This document shows, piece after piece, positions 1 through 10,586 of a stretch of DNA of 64,000 nt (positions are counted from its first letter, which is position 1; every line of letters begins with the position of its first letter). Both the position numbers and the translations under genes were made by a program. The notes beneath the pieces were generated by a model. The model was not told the origin of the DNA, ran no database searches, and saw only the letters and a list, made by a program, of their open reading frames with translations. Source of the DNA: an uncultured Chloroflexia bacterium (GTDB taxonomy: Bacteria > Chloroflexota > Limnocylindria > Limnocylindrales > CSP1-4). The DNA is taken from positions 214,489 through 278,488 of the forward strand of contig CAVTIO010000003.1 of the NCBI GenBank assembly GCA_963734935.1, written 5' to 3'.

Positions 1-92
1 CCGGCGGCGTCGTAGCTCAGGAACCAGTAGATCGTGCCCGCGATCAATGCGAACAGGGAGAGGCGCCCGAAGAACTTGATCTCCTCAGGCAT
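1..92 (-). CDS. N-terminal fragment of a small hydrophobic protein, possibly cytochrome c oxidase subunit IV-like (CtaF-like); truncated by the window edge
   Basis: Reverse-strand ATG at 92..90 overlaps the ctaD stop (ATGCCTGA). It encodes [31 protein letters not shown], a TM helix typical of small oxidase subunits. Only 30 codons are visible. Confidence 0.3.
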   Translation of the reverse strand, partial: MPEEIKFFGRLSLFALIAGTIYWFLSYDAA

Positions 93-1848
93 CGCGGCCA
101 CCCGAGGCCGTCGGCAGCGTCGCGCCATCGACCAGGGTTGGGACGCCATCGGCCACCGCGGATGGGCCGACCGCCCCTGCCAGGTCGGTTGTTGCCGACC
201 CCGCCCCACCCCCGGACGCCGGTGCGGTCGTGGCCAGCGCCTCCATGCGGGCGTCGAACACCGGCCGCAGCGACCGGATCGGCGGCAGACGGTCGAAGTT
301 GTGATGCGGCGGCGGCGACGACGTCGCCCACTCGAGCGAGTTGCCACCCCACGGATCATCCGGCGCCGTCGGCGGCTGTCGCATGGCGCGGAAGACCGCG
401 AGCAGGAACGGCAGCATGCCCGCGGCGAGGAGCAGCGCACCGATGGTGGAGATGAGATTCAGCGGCTCCCAGCCTCGATCGGCCGGGTAGTCGGCGATGC
501 GCCGTGGCATCCCCTCGGCGCCCAGGATGTACTGGGGGATGAAAGTCAGGGCGAAGCCGATGACCCAGGCGAAGAAGTGCAGCCGTCCGAGCCGCTCGTC
601 GAGCATCCGACCCGTGAGCTTCGGGAACCAGAAGTAGATCCCGGCGAAGCCCGCGAACATGGTCCCGCCGATCAGCACGTTGTGCAGGTGGGCGACGACG
701 AAGTAGGTGTCCTGCGCCTGGTAGTCGATCGGGGGTGAGGCGAGCATGACCCCCGTGATGCCGCCGATCGTGAACACGTACAGCAATCCCAGGGCCCACA
801 GCATCGGCACCGGGAACCGGAGGTTGCCGCCGAACATGGTCCCGGTCCAGTTGAAGATCTTGATGCCGGTCGGGACGGCGATCAGCAGCGACATGATCGA
901 GAAGAACGGCAGGTCGACCCGACCGGTCGTGAACATGTGGTGCGCCCAGACGCCCATCGAGAGGCCGGCGATCGCGATCGTCGCGAAGACCATGAACCGA
1001 TAGCCGAACAGCGGCTTGCTCGAGAACACGGGCACGACCTCGCTCATGATCCCGAAGTACGGCAGGATCAGGATGTAGACCTCGGGGTGCCCGAAGAACC
1101 AGAACAGGTGCTGCCAGAGCACGGGGTCGCCCCCCTGTGTTGGATCGAAGAAGCCGCCCCCGAAATGACGATCGATGAACAGCATCGCGAGGCCGGCGGT
1201 GACGGATGGAAACGCGAACAGGATCAGGATCGCCGTCACCAGGATCGTCCACGTGAACATCGGCATCCGGAACATGCGCATGCCCGGCGCGCGGCGCGTG
1301 TAGATCGTCACCAGGAAGTTGACCGCGCCCAGGATCCCCGAGAAGCCGACCAGGGCGACACCCACGATCCACAGGTCCATGCCCACCTGGGGCGAGTACG
1401 CATAGGAGGACAGCGGCGCGTATCCGGTCCAGCCAGCTGCCGCCGCGCCGCCAGTGGTCAGGAACCCCATCATCACGATCAGGCCGCCGAACAGGAACAG
1501 CCAGAACGACAGGGCGTTCAGGCGCGGGAACGACATGTCCGCGGCACCGATCTGCAGCGGCATGATCGCGTTGGCGAACCCGATCGCGAGCGGACCGGCG
1601 AAGAACAGCAGCATCAGGGTCCCGTGAACCGTGAACAGCTGGTTGTATGTCGAGGCGTCGACGAGCTGCTGTCCCGGCGCGGCAAGCTCCAGGCGGATCA
1701 GCTCGGCGATCGCCCCGCCAGCGAGGGCGAACCCGAACGCCGCGGTGATGTACATCGCACCGATCTTCTTGTGATCGGTGGTCGTCAGCCACTCAAGCAG
1801 GGTGACCCGCTCGACCGGGGCGTGGACCGGGGCCTCGATCGCGCTCAT
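85..1848 (-). CDS. ctaD: cytochrome c oxidase (aa3) subunit I
   Basis: Carries canonical COX1 motifs: [29 protein letters not shown]-like His ligands, and 12 TM segments. I moved the start to the internal M (MSAIEAPVH) at 1848, which has a GGGAGG RBS. The track ORF's 48-aa Arg/Cys-rich extension is implausible. Confidence 0.95.
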   Translation of the reverse strand: MSAIEAPVHAPVERVTLLEWLTTTDHKKIGAMYITAAFGFALAGGAIAELIRLELAAPGQQLVDASTYNQLFTVHGTLMLLFFAGPLAIGFANAIMPLQIGAADMSFPRLNALSFWLFLFGGLIVMMGFLTTGGAAAAGWTGYAPLSSYAYSPQVGMDLWIVGVALVGFSGILGAVNFLVTIYTRRAPGMRMFRMPMFTWTILVTAILILFAFPSVTAGLAMLFIDRHFGGGFFDPTQGGDPVLWQHLFWFFGHPEVYILILPYFGIMSEVVPVFSSKPLFGYRFMVFATIAIAGLSMGVWAHHMFTTGRVDLPFFSIMSLLIAVPTGIKIFNWTGTMFGGNLRFPVPMLWALGLLYVFTIGGITGVMLASPPIDYQAQDTYFVVAHLHNVLIGGTMFAGFAGIYFWFPKLTGRMLDERLGRLHFFAWVIGFALTFIPQYILGAEGMPRRIADYPADRGWEPLNLISTIGALLLAAGMLPFLLAVFRAMRQPPTAPDDPWGGNSLEWATSSPPPHHNFDRLPPIRSLRPVFDARMEALATTAPASGGGAGSATTDLAGAVGPSAVADGVPTLVDGATLPTASGGRDA

Positions 1849-1873
1849 CGAACGTCCTCCCACCTCGCCGGCG

Positions 1874-2584
1874 TCATGAGCCCTGGCCCCCGGTTGCTGC
1901 CTGATCGGCGAGCCATTGCTGAAACTCCGCCGAGTCCACGGCCCTGACCGTGAACAGCATCTCGTCGTGCCCGATCCCGCAGAACTCGGCACACGCGCCG
2001 TTGTAGACGCCGGGCGCCGTGATCCGGAGGTCGAAGTAGGTGGGCTTGCCCGGGATCGCGTCGCGCTTGAACAGGAACTCGGGGACGAAGAACGCGTGGT
2101 TGACGTCGAGCGAGTCCAACGTCACGTGGACCGGCGTGTCCACCGGCAGCACGATCTCCAGCGGGGCGTCGGTGGTTCCCGTGAGCCTCACCCCCGCGTC
2201 GGGATACTCGGCCGCCCACTGCCAGCGGAAGGCCGTGACGTGGAGGTTGATGCCACCCGGCTCGACGGTGTCCACGGCCGAGATCGTGCGCACGGTCAGC
2301 ACGAACAACACGAGCACGGTGATCAGCGGGATGATCGTCCACGTGGCCTCGACCTTGAGGCTGCCCTCGGTCTGCTTGGGCAGCGTGGCGTCACGCCTCC
2401 GATAGCGCAGCACGGCCCACGTGGTCAGGCCCCACACGATCGCGGCCACGATGATCCCACCGACCAGGAAGACCGTCCACAGGTTGTCGATCTCCCTGGC
2501 CTGCGTGGTGGCCGCGGTCGGCATGCAGCCGCCGACGAGCAGCGCCAGCGCGGCCAGGACGGGGGTCATGCGTCGCCTGCTCAT
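1874..2584 (-). CDS. ctaC: cytochrome c oxidase subunit II (CuA subunit), lipoprotein-type signal
   Basis: CuA centre motif [22 protein letters not shown] near the C-terminus. N-terminal signal with LVGGC lipobox and two TM helices. Start overlaps the qcrB stop by 4 nt. Confidence 0.9.
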   Translation of the reverse strand: MSRRRMTPVLAALALLVGGCMPTAATTQAREIDNLWTVFLVGGIIVAAIVWGLTTWAVLRYRRRDATLPKQTEGSLKVEATWTIIPLITVLVLFVLTVRTISAVDTVEPGGINLHVTAFRWQWAAEYPDAGVRLTGTTDAPLEIVLPVDTPVHVTLDSLDVNHAFFVPEFLFKRDAIPGKPTYFDLRITAPGVYNGACAEFCGIGHDEMLFTVRAVDSAEFQQWLADQAATGGQGS

Positions 2585-4026
2585 CGATCCGTCTCCGCCT
2601 CGCTGAAGCCCCCACCCGCGTTGCGCGCCAGGAGCACGCTCGGCGGCTCCTCCGGCAACCCGGACTGCTCAAGGCGTTGATGCTTCGCCTGGGCGTCGCG
2701 CGCCATCCGGTACACGATCAGCCAGGTCACGATCGGTGCCACGAAGAGCAGCACCCGGAACGCGACCGTGATGTCCTCGACCGGGATCGAAAGCAACACG
2801 GCCAGGACGTCATTGCCACCCGCGATGGTGAGGGTGAGGAACAGGGCCACGCCGGCGGCGCCCGTGGCGGTCCGGATCGGCGTCTGCCACGGCGCATCGA
2901 GCAGGTGGTGCTCGGCGTGATCGTGGGTCAGCCGCGCCTCCAGGAATGGCCACAGGGCCAGCAGGGTCATGAGCAGGCCGGGGATCAGCACGCCTGGCAC
3001 GAACACGGAGGGGATGGTCACGCCGAGGATCGTGGGCTCGATCGGCAGCCCGAGCCGAAGAGCGCCCTCGAGCCAGCCCACATACCAGTCAGGCTGGGCG
3101 GGGACGGTGGCCACGTACGGGACGTACGGTCCATACAGCCAGACAGGGTTGATCTGGATCAGGCCCGCGAGCAGCGTGATCACAGCCGCCGTGAGGAACA
3201 TCAGCCCCAGCGAGCGGAACACCTGACCGGGCCAGAACGAGAGGCCCACGACGTTCGACTCGCTCCCACCGTGTCCGCGGAACTGCGTGTGCTTCTGGAG
3301 CCAGAGCAGGGCCAGATGAGCGCCGATGCCACCGATCAGCAGACCCGGCAACAGCATGATGTGGAACACGAACAGGCGGCTGATGATGTCGGCGGTGGGG
3401 TACTCGCCACCAAAGAACAGCGACGATACCCATGGACCCACGAACGGCACCGAGAGCATCACCGAGTCGATGATCCGGAGGCCGACCCCGGACAGCAGAT
3501 CGTCGGGCAATGAGTAGCCGGTGATCCCCTCTCCCAGCGCGAAGGTCAGCAGACCGATGCCGATCAGGTAGTTCAGCTCGCGCGGCCGGCGGAAGGCGCC
3601 GGTGAAGAAGATCCGCGCGAGGTGGGCGGCGATCGCGCCGAGGAAGATGAGCGCCGTCCAGTGGTGGACCTGGCGCATGAGCAGCCCGGCCTGGACGTCG
3701 AATGAGATGCGCATCACCGAGTTGTAGGCGGCCGACACCTCCTGGCCACGGAGGACCTTGTACGAGCCGTCATAGATCACCGTCCGCGTGTCCGGCGTGT
3801 AGAACAGGGTGAGGAAGGTGCCCGTCAGCAACAGGATCACGAACGAGAACAGGGCGATCTCGCCCAGCAGGAAGCTCCAGTGATCCGGGAACACCTTGCG
3901 CATCCCGGTCCGGATCGGTGCCGCCATCCCCGTTCGCTGATCGAACCAGCCGAGGAGGCGTTCGAGCTCGGTTCGCCGTTCGGCGGTGGTCGACGGCTGC
4001 TCGGCGATGGGTTGCCGCTCAGCCAT
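2581..4026 (-). CDS. qcrB: cytochrome bc1 complex cytochrome b subunit
   Basis: Cytochrome b fold with paired His heme ligands in TM helices (RQVHHWTALIFLGAIAAHLARIFFTGAFRRPRELN) and the long actinobacterial C-terminal extension. Start set to MAERQPIAEQ at 4026. The ATGGCTGA overlap with the qcrA stop supports this start. Confidence 0.9.
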   Translation of the reverse strand: MAERQPIAEQPSTTAERRTELERLLGWFDQRTGMAAPIRTGMRKVFPDHWSFLLGEIALFSFVILLLTGTFLTLFYTPDTRTVIYDGSYKVLRGQEVSAAYNSVMRISFDVQAGLLMRQVHHWTALIFLGAIAAHLARIFFTGAFRRPRELNYLIGIGLLTFALGEGITGYSLPDDLLSGVGLRIIDSVMLSVPFVGPWVSSLFFGGEYPTADIISRLFVFHIMLLPGLLIGGIGAHLALLWLQKHTQFRGHGGSESNVVGLSFWPGQVFRSLGLMFLTAAVITLLAGLIQINPVWLYGPYVPYVATVPAQPDWYVGWLEGALRLGLPIEPTILGVTIPSVFVPGVLIPGLLMTLLALWPFLEARLTHDHAEHHLLDAPWQTPIRTATGAAGVALFLTLTIAGGNDVLAVLLSIPVEDITVAFRVLLFVAPIVTWLIVYRMARDAQAKHQRLEQSGLPEEPPSVLLARNAGGGFSEAETDR

Positions 4027-4879
4027 CGGTGATGTCCCAGAAGGCCGGACCGACCGGCTCGAAGAAGTCTCCGTCGGCGACAAACGTGCCATCGCCCTGG
4101 AGCCGGATGGGCAGCTGGGGCAGCGGCCGGCCGGCCGGGCCGAACACGGGCTCGGCGCCGTCGAGCACGTTGAACGTCGACTGGTGGCAGGGGCAGAGCA
4201 GCTGGTGCTCAGGGGCGCGGTACAGGCCCACGGGGCATCCCGCGTGGGTGCACAGCTTTGAGTACGCAACGTAGCCGTCGGGTGCCCAGATCATGCGATC
4301 CGCGGGCAGCTGCAACAGGTCCGGAGCGACCCGGATCAACAGCGTTTGCGCATCGGCAGAGCCCACAAAGCCCTCCGGGAACGCGGTCACGACGCCCTCC
4401 AAGGGCAGGTTCGCGGCCTGGATCGGCTGACCGTCGAGACCCACCAGGCGCAGCCCGCCACGCTTCCAGGGCGTCTCGAACAGGGATCGTCCCGGCGCGG
4501 GACCCAGGGAGAGCACCGGAATCGCCAGCGCGGCTGCCAGCCCGGCCAGTGCCGCACCGAGGGCGCGCACCAGCAACGAGCGACGCGTGATCATCGCCTC
4601 CTCCGCGATGATCTCCTGCTCCGCTTCCGCATTCGCGTGGGTGGCCGATGGGTGCCGGTCCTCGGTCTTGAGCGTCCCGGGCAGCAGCCACCGCGACCAG
4701 GCGATGATGCCGACCCCGATCCCGCCCAGGGTGGTCGCCAGCAGCACGCCCTCGATCTGCGTCTGACCACCCGCGAGATAGACGCCCAGGAGCACGACCC
4801 CGGCGATCGCCGACACACCGAACAGCACGGCGATCACGCGCTCGATCCTGCGGGAGCGCAGATCGTTGGGGCCGCTCAT
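4019..4879 (-). CDS. qcrA: Rieske iron-sulfur protein of the bc1 complex
   Basis: Rieske 2Fe-2S boxes CTHAGCPV and CPCHQSTF. N-terminal TM segments. ATGA overlap with the qcrC stop. Confidence 0.9.
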   Translation of the reverse strand: MSGPNDLRSRRIERVIAVLFGVSAIAGVVLLGVYLAGGQTQIEGVLLATTLGGIGVGIIAWSRWLLPGTLKTEDRHPSATHANAEAEQEIIAEEAMITRRSLLVRALGAALAGLAAALAIPVLSLGPAPGRSLFETPWKRGGLRLVGLDGQPIQAANLPLEGVVTAFPEGFVGSADAQTLLIRVAPDLLQLPADRMIWAPDGYVAYSKLCTHAGCPVGLYRAPEHQLLCPCHQSTFNVLDGAEPVFGPAGRPLPQLPIRLQGDGTFVADGDFFEPVGPAFWDITDG

Positions 4880-5772
4880 TCCGCTGCTCGTCCCGTCTCA
4901 TTCGACGCAGCCGCGTCAGGTGCGGCATTGTCGCGCCGAACCGCCACCCACCGGGCCACGAGCAACAGGGCGAGGAGCACCATGCCGGCCACAAAACCCT
5001 CCGTGACCGGGCCCACGGCCGGGCCGGTCGCGCCACCCGGGTGCGGAGCGTCGCGCAGGTACTCGACGTAGGCGGCCAGGTCATTGAGCTCGTCGGGAGC
5101 GAACGAGAAGCGTGGCATCGGACCTGGTCCAGTGATCGCGGCCTCGCCCACCGTCGTCGCATCGTCGCCCACCAGAGGCGGTGCCACGAAGCCGCCGCCG
5201 ACCGCCCCGCCGCCGCCGGCGGGACCATGGCACGCGGCGCAGTTGGCCACGAACAGATCGCGGCCACGCGTCGTATCCGCTCCCGACGTCACGACGTTCG
5301 GGATCGCCGGACCGTTGCCAAGGGACGCCACATAGGCGACCAGCGCCTGGATCTGCGCATCGTCGAACAGCGGCGCACCGCGCTGGATCGGGTTCGCGGG
5401 GTCGGCCAACGGCATGCGCCCGGTGCGGAGCATGAAGTCGGCGGCCGCCGCACCCGCCTGCCTGATGTCCGGGCCGGTGCTGGTTCCCGCGCCCTGCGGG
5501 CCGTGGCACGCCGCACAGCTGGTGAGGAACAGGCCCTCCCCCGCCGATGCCTCCGTGACCGCACCGGCGGCCGGGCTGGTGGACGGTGGAGGCGCCGTGC
5601 TCGTCGCGTTGACCACCGCGCCGGCCGCTGCCATGAGCAGGACCAGCACGCCGAACATCAGCGCGTAGCCGAGGATCACCCGGCGCCCCGAGGGCGTCCT
5701 CCGGGGGACACGCCGTCGTGGCGGGGCGAGGTTGGGGCCGACAGGGGACGCGGACGCGCGGTCTACCATCAC
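4876..5772 (-). CDS. qcrC: diheme cytochrome c subunit of the bc1 complex (cytochrome cc)
   Basis: Two CxxCH heme-binding motifs (CAACHGPQGAG and CAACHGPAGGG) and an N-terminal TM anchor. First gene of the co-directional block. Confidence 0.85.
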   Translation of the reverse strand: MMVDRASASPVGPNLAPPRRRVPRRTPSGRRVILGYALMFGVLVLLMAAAGAVVNATSTAPPPSTSPAAGAVTEASAGEGLFLTSCAACHGPQGAGTSTGPDIRQAGAAAADFMLRTGRMPLADPANPIQRGAPLFDDAQIQALVAYVASLGNGPAIPNVVTSGADTTRGRDLFVANCAACHGPAGGGGAVGGGFVAPPLVGDDATTVGEAAITGPGPMPRFSFAPDELNDLAAYVEYLRDAPHPGGATGPAVGPVTEGFVAGMVLLALLLVARWVAVRRDNAAPDAAASNETGRAAE

Positions 5773-5896
5773 TCCTTGCTCGGGGTCTTTGGCATGCTAA
5801 CCCCAATCGCTCCGGCTCAGCCACACGGGTCGCACCCGACGGACCGGTCGGAGGGTCCGGGCCTGTCCCCGCGATCCTGGCATCAACGGGAGCCAC

Positions 5897-6250
5897 ATGG
5901 TCGTCACCATCCATTTGCTCGCCGCGCTCCTCGTGGCCGTCAGCGGCGTGGCCGTCATGGCGGTGGTGGTCGTCGGGCGCGTCCTGGGCCGGGACGTGCG
6001 ATTCGCGCTCGACCGCGCGATCCTCGCCGCGCTGGCCCTCGTCATGATCGGGATCGTCCTGGGCCTGGTGATCCTCGTCACGGGCGGGCGACCGGCCGAC
6101 CCGCTCCATCTCCTGTACGCGGCGGTCTCGCTGGTTGTGCTGCCCATCGCGCGCTTCTGGGACCGGCTCGCGAGGCGACGGCCGCTGGCGATCGGGATCG
6201 GTGGGCTGATCGTCGTGGGCCTGGTCTTCCGCCTGTTCCAGACGGGCTGA
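5897..6250 (+). CDS. hypothetical small integral membrane protein (3-4 TM helices)
   Basis: 117-aa ORF with strong GC3 codon bias. GGGAG RBS 5 nt upstream of the ATG. Consecutive hydrophobic helices. Divergent from qcrC across a 125-nt promoter region. Confidence 0.5.
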   Translation: MVVTIHLLAALLVAVSGVAVMAVVVVGRVLGRDVRFALDRAILAALALVMIGIVLGLVILVTGGRPADPLHLLYAAVSLVVLPIARFWDRLARRRPLAIGIGGLIVVGLVFRLFQTG

Positions 6251-6294
6251 CCCGACCACCGCAGCCAGCAGGCGTGGGACGGATCAGCTCGACG

Positions 6295-7671
6295 CTAGGT
6301 CCGAAGGGCCGGAGTGATGTTCGCGTTGAACCGGAAGAGATTGCCGGGATCCCAGGTCGCCTTCACGTCGGCCAGTCGCATGAACGTGGCGCCGTGGCTC
6401 GCCCTGGCCTGCTGCTCTCCCTCCTCAAGGAGGCCGGGAAAGTTCAGGTAGCTTTCACCGCCGACCGCGCTCACGATTTCGCGACCCCACGCGATGTTGG
6501 CCGCATCGTCGGCGGCTTCGTACCAATTTGACTCGGGGCTGATCAGCCAGGGCGACATCCGCTGTCCGAACGCGCTTTCGTCGATGGACACGCGGGCGAT
6601 GGCGCCCAAGTTGGCCCAGATATCGATGGTGGAGTGACGCGAGGGACGCCCCTCAAATCGTTCGACGAGCCCATCGATCACGGTGTCGGGGAGGTCATCC
6701 GAGAACGATGACTTCCAGTAGTAGCGCATCGTGTGAGCCGGATAGTCCGCATCGAAGAACTGCTGGAAGTCGACGTACGGCACCGCACCGCCGATGTCGA
6801 TGGCCGGGCCGGTCCCAAGGGCGCCGATGGGTCGCAGCAGCTCGATCCCCTCCTCGACCGACGCAGCAGCCATGGCGAGGATGAACAAGGCGTCGGTGCC
6901 ACGCAGCTCGGCTGGGAACGCCTCGTCATCGGGAACCGGCGACAGGACCGCAACCGGTGAGACCTCGTCGGGAAGGGTCGGCGCGAGGTCGCGGAGGTCC
7001 CGGAGGCGGGCGGCTGCCTCGTCCATCGGCCAGACGGCCACGGTGGTGGCCACCGTCGGACCTATCGGGAACAGTTCGTACTCGAACTCGGTGACGACGC
7101 CGAAGTTCCCGCCGCCGCCGCGGAGGGCCCAGAACAGATCCGGGTGGTCATCCGCGCTCGCCCGCACGACTCGCCCATCGGCGGTCACCACGGTCGCGGC
7201 ACGGAGCGCATCGCAGCTGAGCCCGTGCTTCCTGCGCAGCCACCCCAATCCCCCGCTCAGCGTGAGTCCCGCGATCCCGGTATCTGACACGACACCACCG
7301 GGAGTTGCGAGGCCGAACGCCTGCGCCGCGGCATCGAGGTCACGCCACCGCGCGCCTGCACCGGCTCGAACCCGCCGGGCGACCGGGTCGACAACGACAT
7401 GCGACATCGGCGAGCAGTCAACGACCAGGGCCCCATCGCCCACGGCCAGGCCGGCGACGTTGTGACCGCCGCCACGAATCGACACCGGCAGCCCGTCGGC
7501 CCGAGCAAGCTCCAGAGCCCTCACCACCTCGGCCGACGAGGTCACTCGGGCGATGACCGCCGGGCGATTCGAGATCATGCCGTTCCAGACCTGCCGCGCC
7601 TCGTCGAACGCAGGATCGTTGGGCCGGACCAGCCGCTCCGCGGGGATTTCGGTAGTCGCCGTTGTGTGCAT
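6295..7671 (-). CDS. FAD-linked oxidase, VAO/PCMH family with C-terminal berberine-bridge (BBE) domain
   Basis: FAD_binding_4-like N-terminal half (PVSIRGGGHN, RGGGGNFGVVTEFEY) and a BBE-like C-terminus (NLFRFNANI). Start moved to MHTTATTE at 7671, which has a GGAGAA RBS. The alternative start is MENPMH at 7683. Confidence 0.8.
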   Translation of the reverse strand: MHTTATTEIPAERLVRPNDPAFDEARQVWNGMISNRPAVIARVTSSAEVVRALELARADGLPVSIRGGGHNVAGLAVGDGALVVDCSPMSHVVVDPVARRVRAGAGARWRDLDAAAQAFGLATPGGVVSDTGIAGLTLSGGLGWLRRKHGLSCDALRAATVVTADGRVVRASADDHPDLFWALRGGGGNFGVVTEFEYELFPIGPTVATTVAVWPMDEAAARLRDLRDLAPTLPDEVSPVAVLSPVPDDEAFPAELRGTDALFILAMAAASVEEGIELLRPIGALGTGPAIDIGGAVPYVDFQQFFDADYPAHTMRYYWKSSFSDDLPDTVIDGLVERFEGRPSRHSTIDIWANLGAIARVSIDESAFGQRMSPWLISPESNWYEAADDAANIAWGREIVSAVGGESYLNFPGLLEEGEQQARASHGATFMRLADVKATWDPGNLFRFNANITPALRT

Positions 7672-7729
7672 CGGGTTCTCCATCGGGCAATCGACAGGCT
7701 CTCTCACGGCTGGGCCCCACACCTGGCTC

Positions 7730-7825
7730 CACGGCCATACCAACCGGTCGGTATGCTAAATGGACCACAGGCCAGCGTCAAGGCCCGATTTGAGCGAGAG
7801 GACGGTAGACCGACCGGTCTGCTAC
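7730..7825. promoter_or_regulatory. divergent promoter/operator region between the FAD oxidase and the TetR regulator, with two ACCGGTC-centred palindromic sites
   Basis: First site is the imperfect 18-bp palindrome ATACCAACCGGTCGGTAT around 7736-7753. Second site is GACCGGTC (a perfect 8-bp palindrome) at about 7812-7819, just upstream of the reassigned tetR start. Both are TetR-operator-like. Confidence 0.3.
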
Positions 7826-7834
7826 GCTCTTCGA

Positions 7835-8476
7835 ATGGATCGAACAGCGGCGCCCACGCGCGAACGCATCCTCGACGTCGCGACGGTGATCGCGTTGGAT
7901 CGCGGGTTCGCCGCCGCGTCACTCGACGAGGTCCTCGGCAAGGCGGGGGTGACCAAGGGCGCCTTCTACCACCATTTCGAGTCGAAGGCCGACCTCGGCC
8001 GGGCAATCCTCGACCGGTACGCCGCGGCTGATCTCGCCACGCTGGACCGCGTGTGGGCGCAGGCCGAGGGACTATCGCGCGACCCCCTCCAGCAGCTGCT
8101 CGTGTTCGTGGGGCTGTTCGCCAACCTCGACGAGCTCGCGACCGACGACCCGGGTTGCCTCTACGCGACCTTCGTCTACGAGCGCCAGCTCGGCGTCGAC
8201 GGTGCGGCCGAGACCATCGCGGCATCGGTGGCAGCCTGGAGGGAACGGTTCCGATCGAAGCTCGCCGAAGTCGTGGTCCGCTACCCGCCCCGCATCGACG
8301 TGGATCTCGACGCGCTCTCGGATCTCGTGCTCACGGCGTCCGAAGGCGCCTACATCGTCGCCCGTGCGACCCGTGATCCCGACCTCGTCCGCGGCCAGCT
8401 GCTCCAGGTGCGCGCCTACTTCGAGCTCCTGTTCTCACCGGATCCGGCCATCGGCCCGCCAGCGCGACGCCTCTGA
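7835..8476 (+). CDS. TetR/AcrR family transcriptional regulator
   Basis: N-terminal HTH: RERILDVATVIALDRGFAAASLDEVLGKAGVTKGAFYHHFESKADL. Start moved to MDRTAAPTRER at 7835. The track start lies upstream and would cover the putative operator. Confidence 0.85.
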   Translation: MDRTAAPTRERILDVATVIALDRGFAAASLDEVLGKAGVTKGAFYHHFESKADLGRAILDRYAAADLATLDRVWAQAEGLSRDPLQQLLVFVGLFANLDELATDDPGCLYATFVYERQLGVDGAAETIAASVAAWRERFRSKLAEVVVRYPPRIDVDLDALSDLVLTASEGAYIVARATRDPDLVRGQLLQVRAYFELLFSPDPAIGPPARRL

Positions 8477-8525
8477 GCGGGACAGGCGGGGAGCACCCGG
8501 ACGCGCCTGCCCGACGCGCGAAGGC

Positions 8526-9839
<1,314 letters not shown>

Positions 9840-9852
9840 GTGATGCCCTGCG

Positions 9853-10536
9853 CTACCGCGCGGTCGCCGGCCCGGACTCGTCCTGTGCCGACGACTTCGC
9901 GCCTGATCCCTTGCCGCCCGCCGCCTCCGCATCGTGCGCCTGCGCGATGAGCGAGTCGCCGGTCAGCGTATACACCGCGTCGATGATGCCATACTCGCGG
10001 GCCTGCTCGGCGCCCATGAAGTAGTCGCGGTCGGTGTCCTTGGTCACCCTATCCAGCGGCTGGCCGGTGTGCTTGGCGAGGATCTCGTGGTTGACCGTGA
10101 CCAGGTGCTCCCATTCCTTCATCTGGATCACGGCGTCGGGTGCGTTGCCGCGGAAGCCACCCGACCCCTGGTGGATCATGACCCGGCCATGGGGCAGCGC
10201 GTACCGCTTGCCCTTGGTGCCGGCGGCCAGCAGCACGGCGGCCATCGAGGCCGCCATACCGATGCAGATCGTGCTCACCGGCGCCCGCAGGTACTGCATG
10301 GTGTCGTAGATCGCGAGCCCACTGGTCACGACGCCGCCGGGCGAGTTGATGTACAGGCTGATGTCCTTCTCCGGGTCTTCGGACTCGAGGAACAGCAGCT
10401 GGGCGATCACCAGGTTGGCCAGGTGATCGTCGATCGCGTCGCCCAGGAAGATGATCCGCTCGCGCAGCAGCCGCGAGTAGATGTCGTAGGCGCGCTCTCC
10501 ACGGCTTGTGGACTCGATGACCATCGGGACGAGCAT
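9853..10536 (-). CDS. clpP: ATP-dependent Clp protease proteolytic subunit ClpP (single copy, with a Gly/Ala/Ser-rich C-terminal tail)
   Basis: [32 protein letters not shown] matches the ClpP N-terminus. Catalytic Ser in the GMAASMAA context. Start at 10536 is preferred because of a GGGGAG RBS. The alternative start is 10590. Confidence 0.9.
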   Translation of the reverse strand: MLVPMVIESTSRGERAYDIYSRLLRERIIFLGDAIDDHLANLVIAQLLFLESEDPEKDISLYINSPGGVVTSGLAIYDTMQYLRAPVSTICIGMAASMAAVLLAAGTKGKRYALPHGRVMIHQGSGGFRGNAPDAVIQMKEWEHLVTVNHEILAKHTGQPLDRVTKDTDRDYFMGAEQAREYGIIDAVYTLTGDSLIAQAHDAEAAGGKGSGAKSSAQDESGPATAR

Positions 10537-10586
10537 GGTGGGTCTCCCCTGTGTCAGGTCGGGCGTCGATGAGTTGGACGCCGACA

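Noticed and set aside
356-1947. Long ORFs on both strands inside ctaD (356..1792 minus, 937..1947 plus) and similar ORFs inside qcr, cox and pot genes
   Set aside because: They are alternative-frame or antisense ORFs overlapping genes with unambiguous catalytic motifs. Their translations are Arg/Asp/His-rich nonsense.
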